A DNA stretch of 41,484 nt from a bacterium (GCA_032250835.1 JAVVEA010000024.1:1-41484); one strand, 5' to 3'; counted from the stretch's first letter, positions 27,980 to 38,035 are shown. Notes: generated by a model not told the origin, from the letters alone. Numbers and translations: made by a program.

Positions 27980-28285
27980 ATGAACCAGAAACGACAATGG
28001 CGGCTCCTTCCGCAGGAGTGCGCGGGCAGCTACGAATTCAACGGTACGCTTTACGTAACCAAGGCCTTGTTTGAAGACCTTGAGCCCGAGGAGATCGGGC
28101 AGATCGTCGGCCTGATCCAGGCCAGGGTGGCCGAACAAGGCGGGGCGGACTACCTGCAAGTCCTTGAGGATGGGCAGCGAAACCGCATCTTCGCCATCGA
28201 CCAGATCAGCCGGGAGATGAAAGCCAGCGGCGACTACCGGCCAGAGGACAACCACTGGACCCTGCTTTGGGCTTGGGAGTACTAG
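27980..28285 (+). CDS. DUF960-like mobile-element protein
   Basis: YVTKA...DYLQVL...IFAID...TLLWAWEY resembles the YxTxG..DYL..LLPEEY family pattern. Confidence 0.45.
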   Translation: MNQKRQWRLLPQECAGSYEFNGTLYVTKALFEDLEPEEIGQIVGLIQARVAEQGGADYLQVLEDGQRNRIFAIDQISREMKASGDYRPEDNHWTLLWAWEY

Positions 28286-28518
28286 GGGATAACCTTGAAT
28301 TTTTCCAGGTTAGCTTTTAGCACGGATTCTTGGGCTTTATAGAAGGTGCCTCCAGAGATGGCTACTTCAAAGCGTTCTTCCTGGGCCTCTACCAGAGAGT
28401 TAAAGTCGGTCCCTGAGTCACCCTTGGACACGTATGTGACTTGGCCATTTTCGACTTTCAATACCAGCCTATGTTGCTTGGTGGAGGTAACATAGACATT
28501 TCCAGCTTCAATTCCCAT
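28282..28518 (-). CDS. Small beta-rich hypothetical protein (78 aa)
   Basis: AAGGA RBS before ATG 28518; MGIEAGNVYVTSTKQHRLVLKVENGQVTY. Confidence 0.55.
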   Translation of the reverse strand: MGIEAGNVYVTSTKQHRLVLKVENGQVTYVSKGDSGTDFNSLVEAQEERFEVAISGGTFYKAQESVLKANLEKFKVIP

Positions 28519-28922
28519 ATAATATCCTTTGAAAACAATAACTGCATTTTGTTTACGGAAGGGCAAGATGAGCATGCCACCCGTTTGCCTTTCGATGCAA
28601 CCCCCAACTAAACAGGCCAACTCGCTCTGCTGAAGACATAGGGGTGTATGCCTGGGCCGTTCGTAGCGTCACTTCAGGATATATGTGGCGGGATGTCCCT
28701 AACCATGAACCCGGTTACCACGCATTTGAAGCCAACCCAGACACGGAAGCAGGGTAACTTAATTTGTTGCCGGAGTCATTCAGTTTTTGGATTCGGTTAA
28801 TGCACACCAGCGCGTTGGAGAATTTTGCTACTCCCATTTGGCTGGGGCTTTTATGTTGGGGGAGTTCTACTGGCTAAATCAGCCTTGTTCCGATAGGCTA
28901 AAGCCGAAAATGCTGGAGAAAT

Positions 28923-29344
28923 ATGGACAAGCTGACTTTTAAAACGCTGCTCCCCCAAGAAGCCTATCGAGCCTACGAGGGCTGGCTTGAACAGGTAACG
29001 GACGCCTACGGCAAAGAGAAGGAAAACCTGGAAGAGTTGAGCGTGACCTTTGCCTATGGCGCAGGGGGCCTACCGCTTGGAACTGGGAGGCCGAAGGCCA
29101 CAAGGCCCGCGTCTTTGAAGCATCCGCCCCCTTGCCAACCGACCTGGAGCCTTTGGGCGTGGTGCCCTACGAGCTGGGCCGGGCCTACTCGACCTGGGAA
29201 CGCCAAGTTTTAGAAGCCTCCCCGGTGCCCCCAACGATTTATCTCACCTTCACCCATACCGCGCCGCTTCAAAGCTGGATGGTCATTGCCCATACGGCAG
29301 TCAACTGGCAGGCGAAGGGGGATCATCTAGTCCTGCTGGGTTAA
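28923..29344 (+). pseudogene. Frameshifted gene with an internally duplicated domain
   Basis: Frame switch near the G5 run at 29064-29068 joins PQEAYRAYEGWLEQV..TF to TAWNWEAEG; second copy PYELGRAYSTWERQV..LTF..TAVNWQAKG. Confidence 0.6.
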
Positions 29345-29404
29345 CTTTTCTTGCTTCGGACTGCCGCTCCACTTCCAAAAGGGAGTTGAAAGGCCAAATG
29401 GGGT

Positions 29405-29728
29405 CTATCGATCGTACTTGCGATCCTGCGCTTCGCGATGAGCGCAGCTTCCACAAAGGCCGTCTTCAGTCATAGCCTCGTAGATTTCATATAGCTCAAG
29501 CTTGCTATTGCATTTTTTACAATATTGATTTCCGTACTTCGCTATAACTTGAGCCTCAAAAACATCTCGTTGTTTTTCACTGAGGCTTTCCAATCCTCTA
29601 TCGACTACTTGTTTAGCTATTCCGGCAGCAGCCCCTTCAAGGTATCCGCCTTCTAATAGGTCAGATACAAATGAACTCAATTCGTCCCGTATCTGCTGTT
29701 GTTCCATTGCGTGTTTCACTTGTCCCAT
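29405..29728 (-). CDS. Small protein with a C-terminal CxxC...CxxC zinc ribbon
   Basis: CKKC and CGSC; AAGGA RBS. Confidence 0.7.
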   Translation of the reverse strand: MGQVKHAMEQQQIRDELSSFVSDLLEGGYLEGAAAGIAKQVVDRGLESLSEKQRDVFEAQVIAKYGNQYCKKCNSKLELYEIYEAMTEDGLCGSCAHREAQDRKYDR

Positions 29729-29920
29729 TCTTTCCTTTTATTGCAGTAGATTAAAGTTGTATTTCCAGGCCGTCGTCTGGAGTTGTTGCAGGCTTGAAAA
29801 GCGTATCAATTTGCTTACCTTTTGTCTTGCAGAAACAAGGCCTTCTTGGCCTGGGTACGCAGAGTGAGTTTGTCTAAGGATAGCCCCTAGGACATCCTCG
29901 GAATGAGGGAATATTGGGGT

Positions 29921-30805
29921 CTAAGCTTTTTGGTTGACCACCTTGCTTAACCGGTGTTTTTCAACCATCCACCGCGCAGCTTCGCCAAGGTCCTCGGGAA
30001 AATCTCTGAAGATGTGGGCAGTCCGTGGCGACATAACCGGCCCCATTTCTGAGTAAGGGAGGTCCCACTTGATTGGATCATAGCGGAACCCAAACTCGTT
30101 GTTAGCCACAGCGGCCAGTTTTAGACCTACCCGAGTCTCCATCAGGCGAGCATAAAAGAACTGCTGCTGCTGAACCGGCATCCGCTCTCCAAGAGTCAGG
30201 CTCTTGATGGCTGCCAGGGGAAGTTCCGCTAGATAGACGTCGGCACCGGAGCCCGTCTCTTTAAAGCAGTTTTTTTGTAGATGGAAGACTCGAACCTCCT
30301 GCTCGACTTCCCACTGGTTTGATTTGAACTGAAGCTCAGCAATGGGAATCGGCTCCCGGCGCATAAAATGGCTTAAAGGCAGAACTGGTCGAGAAGACAC
30401 ATATTCCACCTCGCACCTTGCCTGGAAAAAATCGTGGGTTTCATCGAACTCGATCAAGACTCCCGTATAGTCTTGGGCATAATGGGCCCACATTGAAAGG
30501 GAGTCTGGGTTTTTAGAAAGACACAAGATTCCGATGGTCGAATTCAACTGTTCACGTATCTGCCTTGCAATGAGATCACTTTTGTTACCTGTATCACTAA
30601 GCACCGAAAGGTCCAGAATGGAGTTGCGACGGGGAGCGGTCAGATCGAATGAAAGCTGATGGCTGGCCTGACTGTTCTGCGGCTCGACTAGGATTTCTGG
30701 CAACAATTCAAACGGATCATTGAGAAGATTGGGTTGAGTGAACCTGATTTTCCCATCGATAATCTTTTCTGCGATAGGTGCTGAAACATATTTATACAAG
30801 GGCAT
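29921..30805 (-). CDS. DUF2971-like protein (predicted ADP-ribosyltransferase-like fold)
   Basis: LYKY, NDPFE, ILCLS, MWAHYA, GVLIEFD, K..WEVEQEVR. Confidence 0.8.
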   Translation of the reverse strand: MPLYKYVSAPIAEKIIDGKIRFTQPNLLNDPFELLPEILVEPQNSQASHQLSFDLTAPRRNSILDLSVLSDTGNKSDLIARQIREQLNSTIGILCLSKNPDSLSMWAHYAQDYTGVLIEFDETHDFFQARCEVEYVSSRPVLPLSHFMRREPIPIAELQFKSNQWEVEQEVRVFHLQKNCFKETGSGADVYLAELPLAAIKSLTLGERMPVQQQQFFYARLMETRVGLKLAAVANNEFGFRYDPIKWDLPYSEMGPVMSPRTAHIFRDFPEDLGEAARWMVEKHRLSKVVNQKA

Positions 30806-30809
30806 AAGG

Positions 30810-31076
30810 TTAGTCTCCCTTTAAAAGCCAGTCCAAGCTTACCTCAAGCACCTCGCTGATTGCCAGCAGTTCTTTGTCATTTATTTGCCTCTCCTGCCGT
30901 TCAATCCTGGCCAGGACTCTCGTATCCATTTCAATACCGTGATCAACGGCAAGCGCGGCCATCAGGCTGACAATGGTGAACTTCCGGCCTTCCTTCTTGG
31001 CCTTTGCCTCTCGGGCTTCTCTGATCCTTGCTCCGCAGAGATTCTTGCCCGCTGTGATGCCTTCTTTTCTTTTCAT
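30810..31076 (-). CDS. XRE-family HTH transcriptional regulator
   Basis: GARIREARE...LARIERQERQINDKELLAISEVLEVSLDWLL; 4 bp upstream of the DUF2971-like gene. Confidence 0.85.
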   Translation of the reverse strand: MKRKEGITAGKNLCGARIREAREAKAKKEGRKFTIVSLMAALAVDHGIEMDTRVLARIERQERQINDKELLAISEVLEVSLDWLLKGD

Positions 31077-31233
31077 TGGCTTCCCCTAAAATGGGATAAA
31101 CCTATCAACCTCTAGATAATTATTCTGGCTGTTTCATATGTCTATTTTAGCCATTTTCACTCGACGGCTCCCCTCTCCCGGTGATAAGACAAGCAGGTAT
31201 TTCAGCTTAAAAGTAATATTGCGGGAGAAGAAC

Positions 31234-31779
31234 ATGAACCTAGGCGAGGAAATCTGCGGCGAATGGCTACGGCATGAGCGGGGCTGCGATTTTATTCAGT
31301 ACAACATCCCCCTTAATGACGAGCAGGGGGAAATCGATGTGGTGGGGATCAACCTGGAGAGCAGAACGGTTTACGCCTGTGAGGTGGCTATCCACTTAGA
31401 AACGGGGCTCCAGTATGTGAAAGAGCGCCAACCAGATAACGTGAACCGCTTCGTGGCCAAGTTTGGCAAGGACATTCGGTATATCCGAAAGGCCTTCCCC
31501 GAGGCCGAGGGCTATAAGCACGTGGTCATGCTCTGGACGCCCATCGTCAGAAACAGCCCCAACGCCAAAAACAACCAAACCCAAGACCTAAAAGACATTG
31601 AAACAGCGATCTGCACCGAATTTGGGGTAACAGTGGCAATGGTCGTCAACCGGGAGTATCAGGCCGCCCTGGAATCGTTGCGAGCCGCCGCTAAAAAAGA
31701 AACGGCTGCCTTGGAGTCTCCGGTGATGCGGCTATACCAAATCGAAGAAAAGCTAAAGCGCCACTTGGCCAAATTCTGA
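31234..31779 (+). CDS. PD-(D/E)xK restriction-endonuclease-like protein
   Basis: GEEICGEWL..GEIDVVG..YACEV; GGGAGA RBS before ATG 31234. Confidence 0.65.
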   Translation: MNLGEEICGEWLRHERGCDFIQYNIPLNDEQGEIDVVGINLESRTVYACEVAIHLETGLQYVKERQPDNVNRFVAKFGKDIRYIRKAFPEAEGYKHVVMLWTPIVRNSPNAKNNQTQDLKDIETAICTEFGVTVAMVVNREYQAALESLRAAAKKETAALESPVMRLYQIEEKLKRHLAKF

Positions 31780-31871
31780 ACCGACCTTCTGCAATGGCTC
31801 CTGTTCCAGCGTGAAGAATGCGGGGGATCAGGGGATAATGCTGGGTCTAAACCCCTTCCAAAGGAAATGTC

Positions 31872-32687
31872 ATGAAGAAAACAATCCTCCTGTGTCTCTT
31901 CCTAGCCCCGGCTGCGGGCTTCGCTTTCAACCTGGGCAATCTGCTTCCAGGGGAACCGGAGGCTCACGCTCAAGCCCCCAAAACGGCAGCAATCCAACCC
32001 TTCGGCTCTCTCGCTTGGGACGATAGCCTGTTGGAGGCCTTCCAAAAGCTGCTGGCGATGAACCCGGAAAAGCTCGATCTGGTGAAAGGCGGTGACCGGA
32101 TCAGTCTCAAGGGTGTTTCAACCAAGGCCCAGCTTGAAGCCAAGATGACCGAGTTTCTGAAGAAGCAAAACAAGTTGTACCTGGACCCGACGGACCGGCG
32201 CTTGAAGATGCATTTGGTCGGCTACAAGGGGACTGATGGTGCCGACCGACTATACTTGCGGCGTGGGTTCCACCTGGAAGCCTCGCCGGTCATGATCCAA
32301 GACGTTCCCTTCACGGTGACCGTGAATACCGTCTTCGCACCTGGGATCGAACTGCAAAAACCTGAAACGGTACTCCAAGTCAAGCAAGCCGGATACTCCT
32401 ATCCCTTGGCCATTAAGGATGTCCGGTTGCAGGCCCGCAGCCCCAAGTTGGCGGTCAGCCACAAGGCGATTGCCGACATGTTGAACCAAAAATACGGCCA
32501 TTTAGGGGAAGTGGAGAACGGCGTCAAAGATGGCCAGGGAAATCGGCTGGTGGCTAGTGGAGACGATGCGGTTTTCTACATCGACTATTACAACGGCAAC
32601 CAGCTTCAAGTTTTGGATGCGGTTTACAAAAAGCTTTTGGAAGGCTTGAGTTCGAGCGCCGGACCGGATCAAAGCTCGGGCCTCTAG
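31872..32687 (+). CDS. Exported hypothetical protein
   Basis: MKKTILLCLFLAPAAGFA signal peptide; AAGGA RBS. Confidence 0.75.
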   Translation: MKKTILLCLFLAPAAGFAFNLGNLLPGEPEAHAQAPKTAAIQPFGSLAWDDSLLEAFQKLLAMNPEKLDLVKGGDRISLKGVSTKAQLEAKMTEFLKKQNKLYLDPTDRRLKMHLVGYKGTDGADRLYLRRGFHLEASPVMIQDVPFTVTVNTVFAPGIELQKPETVLQVKQAGYSYPLAIKDVRLQARSPKLAVSHKAIADMLNQKYGHLGEVENGVKDGQGNRLVASGDDAVFYIDYYNGNQLQVLDAVYKKLLEGLSSSAGPDQSSGL

Positions 32688-33021
32688 CCCGCCTTCTCAC
32701 TTCGGGGCCATCCCCTGGCCCCATTTCCCCTCGAAAACGCCCCATAACGGACGAATACCCGCGATTATGCCCCACCTCAAGGGAAAGCCGAGGGGAGGAA
32801 CCACTCTCCCTCAAATTCGGCCCCCAATTTGCGCGAACCGAATTGATGAACCCGGTCACCCCTGGCCGGTAGCGATAGCTTGAGTAAAAGATCATGTAGT
32901 TCAGTCGTCAAGGCAAACATGCGGGCAAGCCCAATATCCTTGTCAAATGATGCGGATTTAAGGTAGGAGGTACGTTGATGTTCTTTTGCCCAGTTTCTGA
33001 CCTACCGAGAGCCAACTGACG

Positions 33022-35778
33022 ATGCCTAAGCCCGAAGAGAAAGCTAGAGCAAAGATTGATACCCTACTGACGGCGGCGGGCTGGGCGATTCAGTCCTATG
33101 CTAAGTTCAAGGCCAGCCCTAGCCCGAAGTTGGGCATTGCCGTTTGTGAGCACCCAGTCGCCGCAGGGGACGCCGACTATCTCCTGTTCATTGGGGGCAA
33201 GGCTGCGGGCGTCATTGAGGCCAAGAAGGCGGGAGAAACGCTGAGCGGCGTTGCTGGGCAGTCGATGAAATACCTGAACTCCTTCCCGGACGATCTCCCG
33301 GCTTGGTATAATCCTCTCCAGCTTCACTACGAGTCCAACGGCGAAGAAATCTACTTCCGCGACCGCCGCGACCCCAAGGCCAAGTCCAGGAAGGTCTTCG
33401 CCTTCCACCAGCCCGAAACCCTAAAAGCCCAGCTTGAGGAAGATAAGACCCTCCGGGGACACTTCCATTCGCTCCCGGCCCTGGTGACCGAACCCTTACG
33501 AGAATGCCAGATCAAGGCGATCAACAAGATTGAAGCCAGTATGGCCAAGGGGAAGCAGAAGGCCTTGGTTCACATGGCCACCGGCTCGGGCAAGACGTTC
33601 ATGGCCTGTAACCTCTCTTGGCGTTTAATCAAACATGCGGGCATCAAGCGGGTTCTGTTCCTGGTAGATCGCCGGAACCTAGGCAAGCAAGCCCTCAAGG
33701 AATTTGAAGCCTTTCAGCCCCCCGCTTCGGCGCACAAGTTCGGGGAGTCCTATATCCTCAAGCGGATGACTTCTAACGGCTTTGACAAAGACGCCAATCT
33801 AGTGATCAGCACGATCCAAAGGCTCTATTCCATGCTGCAAGGGGAGGAACTGACCGAGGAAGATGAAGAGGCCTCAGGATTTGAACAGGACGAACGGGGG
33901 GAAGGCGAGCCTGTACCGGTGAGCTATAACCCCAAGCTACCGATTGAGGCCTTTGACCTGATCATCGTGGACGAATGCCACCGCTCCATCTACGGGCGCT
34001 GGCGGCAAGTCCTGGATTACTTTGACGCCCATTTGGTCGGCCTCACGGCCACCCCCTCTCCCCATACCCTGGCCTTCTTCCAGAGAAACCGCGTTTATAC
34101 TTACGACTATGCCCAATCGGTGCTGGATAAGGTCAACGTGGACTATGAAATCTACCGCATCCGAACCAAGATCACCGAGCAGGGCAGCGAAATCGAAGGG
34201 GAACCGGGCTTTCATGTGCCGGTCCGGCATTTGCGGACCCGGCGTAAAAGGTTCCGTAGGCTAGACCGCAAATTATCCTATTCAGGGAAGCAACTCGACC
34301 GGGCCGTGGTTGCTCCCGATCAAATCCGGCTCGTCCTGCAAACCTTCAAGGACAAGCTCTTTACGGAGATGTTCCCCGGCCGCAGCGGTGAATGGGTGCC
34401 CAAAACCATCATCTTCGCCAAGGACGACAACCACGCCGAGGACATCACCCTGGCCGTCCGGGAAGTCTTTGAGGAGTCCAACGAGTTTTGCCAGAAGATC
34501 ACCTACAAGATCGGCCAGACCGACCCCGAGACCCTGATTAACTCCTTTCGGCTTGACCCGGAGTTCAGGATTGCCGTCACCGTGGACATGATCGCCACGG
34601 GTACCGACATCAAGCCCGTGGAAGCCCTGCTGTTCATGCGGGACGTGCGCTCCGAAATCTACTACGAACAGATGCGGGGCCGAGGTGTCCGCACCCTGCC
34701 CGATACGGACCTGCAAGCGGTCACCCCGGACGCCTCCACCAAAACCCGCTTTGTCTTGGTGGACGTGGTAGGCGTATCGGAAACCAACAAATCCATCCCC
34801 CAGCCGATGGAACGCAAGCGAAGCGTCTCCCTGGAACAGCTTCTCAAGCTGGTCGGCCAGGGCAAGGGGGACGAGGAAGATTTTGTTTCCTTGGCTGCGC
34901 GGCTGACCCGCTTGGCCGAGGAGAAGGGGGAAGACGCCGAAAACCAAGTGTTCAAGAAATGCGGTCGTAGGCTGACCGATCTGGCCCAGGGGTTGTTTTT
35001 CGCTGTTGATCCAGACAGCATTGCCGAAGCAACCAAGAAGAAATATGGGGTGCTTTATACCGATGCCCAGCTTGCCGAGGTAGCCGCAGACCTAAGGTCA
35101 AGAGCGGCCAAGCCCTTCGAGGATGAGGAGCTCATTACCTTGATCCTGGAAATCCGTAGCGAAATCGTGCTGGATGAGTTCAGCGAGGACAGCCTGCTGG
35201 AGTCCGGGTTCTCCCAGAAGGACGCCAAGGACCGGGTGGACAAGCTTTCGAAGTTCCTGGAGGAAAATAAGGACCAGCTAGAAGCCCTGCACTTCCTCTA
35301 CGAGCTGCCCCAAGCAAAAGCCAAACTCACCCATGAGGCCCTTCGGGAACTGGCCGATACCCTCACCTCTCCCCCGTGGACGCTGAACGTCGAGGGGCTT
35401 TGGCGGGCCTACAAACGGCTGGAGCAAGCCAAGGTCAAGGGGGAGCCTATCGTGGGCCTCTTGACGGAGATCATCGCCCTGGTCCGCTTCGCTATCGGAA
35501 AGGCCGAAGACTTGGAGTCCTACTCTATCCAGGCCCAGCAGCGGTACAACCTCTGGATCGGTCGCCAAAAGAAGGCGGGCCGCGAATTCGACGATGAGCA
35601 GATGGCTTGGCTGGAAAAGATCAAGCGCCACCTCATTGCCAACGGGGAGATCGTGCCCGACGACTTCCAGGAGGTGCCCGCCTTTAGTGGCGAGGGCGGC
35701 ATTGTGAAAGCCAGGGAAGTTTTTGGGAAGGACCTCGTTGAGACCATGGATGATCTAAGCAAGGCCTTGATCGCATGA
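33022..35778 (+). CDS. hsdR: Type I restriction enzyme R subunit (compact, EcoAI/EcoEI-like)
   Basis: ADYLLF..VIEAKK nuclease motif, MATGSGKT, DECHRS, LTATP, QMRGRGVR. Confidence 0.95.
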   Translation: MPKPEEKARAKIDTLLTAAGWAIQSYAKFKASPSPKLGIAVCEHPVAAGDADYLLFIGGKAAGVIEAKKAGETLSGVAGQSMKYLNSFPDDLPAWYNPLQLHYESNGEEIYFRDRRDPKAKSRKVFAFHQPETLKAQLEEDKTLRGHFHSLPALVTEPLRECQIKAINKIEASMAKGKQKALVHMATGSGKTFMACNLSWRLIKHAGIKRVLFLVDRRNLGKQALKEFEAFQPPASAHKFGESYILKRMTSNGFDKDANLVISTIQRLYSMLQGEELTEEDEEASGFEQDERGEGEPVPVSYNPKLPIEAFDLIIVDECHRSIYGRWRQVLDYFDAHLVGLTATPSPHTLAFFQRNRVYTYDYAQSVLDKVNVDYEIYRIRTKITEQGSEIEGEPGFHVPVRHLRTRRKRFRRLDRKLSYSGKQLDRAVVAPDQIRLVLQTFKDKLFTEMFPGRSGEWVPKTIIFAKDDNHAEDITLAVREVFEESNEFCQKITYKIGQTDPETLINSFRLDPEFRIAVTVDMIATGTDIKPVEALLFMRDVRSEIYYEQMRGRGVRTLPDTDLQAVTPDASTKTRFVLVDVVGVSETNKSIPQPMERKRSVSLEQLLKLVGQGKGDEEDFVSLAARLTRLAEEKGEDAENQVFKKCGRRLTDLAQGLFFAVDPDSIAEATKKKYGVLYTDAQLAEVAADLRSRAAKPFEDEELITLILEIRSEIVLDEFSEDSLLESGFSQKDAKDRVDKLSKFLEENKDQLEALHFLYELPQAKAKLTHEALRELADTLTSPPWTLNVEGLWRAYKRLEQAKVKGEPIVGLLTEIIALVRFAIGKAEDLESYSIQAQQRYNLWIGRQKKAGREFDDEQMAWLEKIKRHLIANGEIVPDDFQEVPAFSGEGGIVKAREVFGKDLVETMDDLSKALIA

Positions 35779-37328
35779 ACCAGCCGACGGAATCAAAGGA
35801 GCATCTGCCGCAGGGGTGGACAGAAACAACGCTAGAAGCTGTATCCTTGCCGTTTCGCGCCAAGATCAAACCTAGCTCCAGCTCAAAGCTCCCGTTTATT
35901 GGGATGGAAGACATTGAGGCTGGGGCGATGACGCTGAGTTCCGTTGGTCGCTTCGCGGAGATGAAAAGTGCAGCAGCTCCCTTTTTTCCAGGGGATGTCC
36001 TCTATGGAAAGATGCGACCGTACCTAAATAAGGTCCATGAAGCCAACCAAACCGGAGCATGTTCCGCTGAGTTTTTGGTTTTCCCCTCGAACCCCTACTT
36101 GAACAGCTCCTTCCTGCGTTTCTTGCTGCACAACCGGGCCTTCGTTCGGTTCGCAGCCCACCCAGACAAAATGACCGGTGACCGCCCACGCATCGACTTC
36201 GATGACATCAAGGGTTACCAGTTTTTACTTCCCCCCCTGGATGAGCAGGCACGCATCGTAGAGCGGATCGAGCAGTTGTTCCAGCAGGTGGAGGAGGGGG
36301 AAAAGGCCCTCAAGGCTGCCCAGAAGCTGGTGGAAAAGTACCGGATTTCCCTCCTCAAGGCGGCGGTCACCGGCGAATTGACCAAGGAATGGAGGGAGAA
36401 GAATCCGCCCAAGGAAACCGGAGCCGACCTGCTCAAGCGCATCCTTAAGGCCCGCCGAGAAGCCTGGGAAGCCGCCGAACTGGAAAAGTTCAAGGCCAAA
36501 GGCCAGCCCCCCAAGGACGACGCCTGGAAGAAAAAATACCAGGAACCGGCTCTCCCCTCCCCCGAGGCTATTGCCGACCTGCCGGAACTGCCGGAGGGGT
36601 GGGTTTGGGCATCCTTGGATCAACTGGCCTGGGCTTCATCTTACGGAACTTCCGTGAAGTGCTCATATGACTCCAAGGGGATCAAGGTTCTTCGTGTACC
36701 CAATATTCGCCCCGGCAGATTTGATGTCACGGACATTAAGCTGGCGTCTATCGACCTGGAGATTTCTGCGGCGGAACGGGTCCAACAAGGAGACCTTCTT
36801 TTCGTTCGGACCAATGGGAGCAAAGCGATCATTGGTGCAGGTGTGGTAGCGTGTAAGGACTTGGACGACGAGTTTTATTACGCCTCCTACCTGATCCGAT
36901 TTAGGCTGGTCGCATCGGCCTTGCCCTTTGAATGGGTCAATTTGGTCTGGCAGAGCCCAGTGGTTAGAGGGTTCATACACCAAAATGCTGCGACCAGTGC
37001 GGGCCAGTACAACATATCCCAATCTAAGGTCCAGGAACTGCCAATTCCTTTGCCGCCAAGTGAGGAAGCCGTCGAAATCTCTAGTCTGGCCAAGGCAAAG
37101 CTTGACCTCTTTGGAATCCAGAAGGAACTAGCACGAGAACAGGCAGGAGTTTTGGCCCTCCGCCAATCCATCCTCAAGGACGCCTTCTCCGGTAAGCTGG
37201 TCCCCCAAGACCCGGAAGACGAGCCCGCATCGGTGCTGCTGGAACGAATCCAAGCCGAACGAGCAGCCAGGGAAGCCGAAGCAAAGCCCAAAAAGCCCCG
37301 TGGCCGCAAGAAAAAGGGGACTGCGTGA
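35775..37328 (+). CDS. hsdS: Type I R-M specificity subunit
   Basis: LPQGW and LPEGWVW, two TRDs, LPPLDEQARIV, SLLKAAVTGEL, SILKDAFSGKLV; ATGA overlap with hsdR. Confidence 0.95.
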   Translation: MNQPTESKEHLPQGWTETTLEAVSLPFRAKIKPSSSSKLPFIGMEDIEAGAMTLSSVGRFAEMKSAAAPFFPGDVLYGKMRPYLNKVHEANQTGACSAEFLVFPSNPYLNSSFLRFLLHNRAFVRFAAHPDKMTGDRPRIDFDDIKGYQFLLPPLDEQARIVERIEQLFQQVEEGEKALKAAQKLVEKYRISLLKAAVTGELTKEWREKNPPKETGADLLKRILKARREAWEAAELEKFKAKGQPPKDDAWKKKYQEPALPSPEAIADLPELPEGWVWASLDQLAWASSYGTSVKCSYDSKGIKVLRVPNIRPGRFDVTDIKLASIDLEISAAERVQQGDLLFVRTNGSKAIIGAGVVACKDLDDEFYYASYLIRFRLVASALPFEWVNLVWQSPVVRGFIHQNAATSAGQYNISQSKVQELPIPLPPSEEAVEISSLAKAKLDLFGIQKELAREQAGVLALRQSILKDAFSGKLVPQDPEDEPASVLLERIQAERAAREAEAKPKKPRGRKKKGTA

Positions 37329-38035
37329 CGCCCCAGGAAAAAGAGGAGTTGCTGAGGTGGTTCTGGGCCTTGCGAGAGCAAGAGTACTGGCACGGAGCCC
37401 AAGACGCCAAATTTCTTGAGCACGCCCAGGCGAAATGGCCTTTGCCTCAGGGCCTAACCCCGAAGAAAGGCGAGGAGGCCCCCAAGTCCTGGGTTTTCCG
37501 GCAGTTCCTTCAAGTTTTCGCCCTCTATCGGTGGTTGCCAAAGCATACCTATGGGGAGCTGCGGTACATGGCCGATCTTTGTCATGACCTGTTTTTACCC
37601 GAATTGGGAGACAGTCCGGTGAAGGCGGCCCACCAGCGATGGATGACGGCCGTCGCCAAGTTATCCAAGCGATGGACTGGCAAGCAATTGTATTCGGCGA
37701 CCTCCAAGGTTCTCTGGCACTACCACCCGAAACATCTACCGCTTTACGATTCCTACAACTCCAGGGCACTAGCTCTTGCCTTGGGCTTAGACAAGGGGCG
37801 GAAAAGCTACTCCGTAAAGCCCGAAGATTTTCTGGATCAGTTCGCGGCCTTTTTTGAGACCCAAGGCGCAGCCCTGGAATTTTTCCGAGGGGAGCCCGAG
37901 GCCAAATACCCTTACCCCCGACGCGTGGGAGAGAAATACCTATGGCTCCTTGGAACCCAAGACCAAGGGGCCTCGCAACTCGATTCCCTGCGGGCCTACC
38001 TGCGGGCAACTGGACGTTTTCAGGAACTACTATGA
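37325..38035 (+). CDS. Putative HhH-GPD-like (DUF6308-type) DNA glycosylase embedded in the type I R-M operon
   Basis: SATSKVLWHYHPKHLPLYDSYNSRAL and RRVGEKYLWLLG motifs; GTGA and ATGA 4-bp overlaps with hsdS and hsdM. Confidence 0.6.
   Translation: MTPQEKEELLRWFWALREQEYWHGAQDAKFLEHAQAKWPLPQGLTPKKGEEAPKSWVFRQFLQVFALYRWLPKHTYGELRYMADLCHDLFLPELGDSPVKAAHQRWMTAVAKLSKRWTGKQLYSATSKVLWHYHPKHLPLYDSYNSRALALALGLDKGRKSYSVKPEDFLDQFAAFFETQGAALEFFRGEPEAKYPYPRRVGEKYLWLLGTQDQGASQLDSLRAYLRATGRFQELL

Noticed and set aside
37942-38031. Longer hsdM start from the ORF track (likewise 18582, 10949, 31138, 23367 and 375)
   Set aside because: Downstream ATGs have RBSs or stop/start coupling and the extensions are not protein-like; starts were reassigned (11012 is the least certain).
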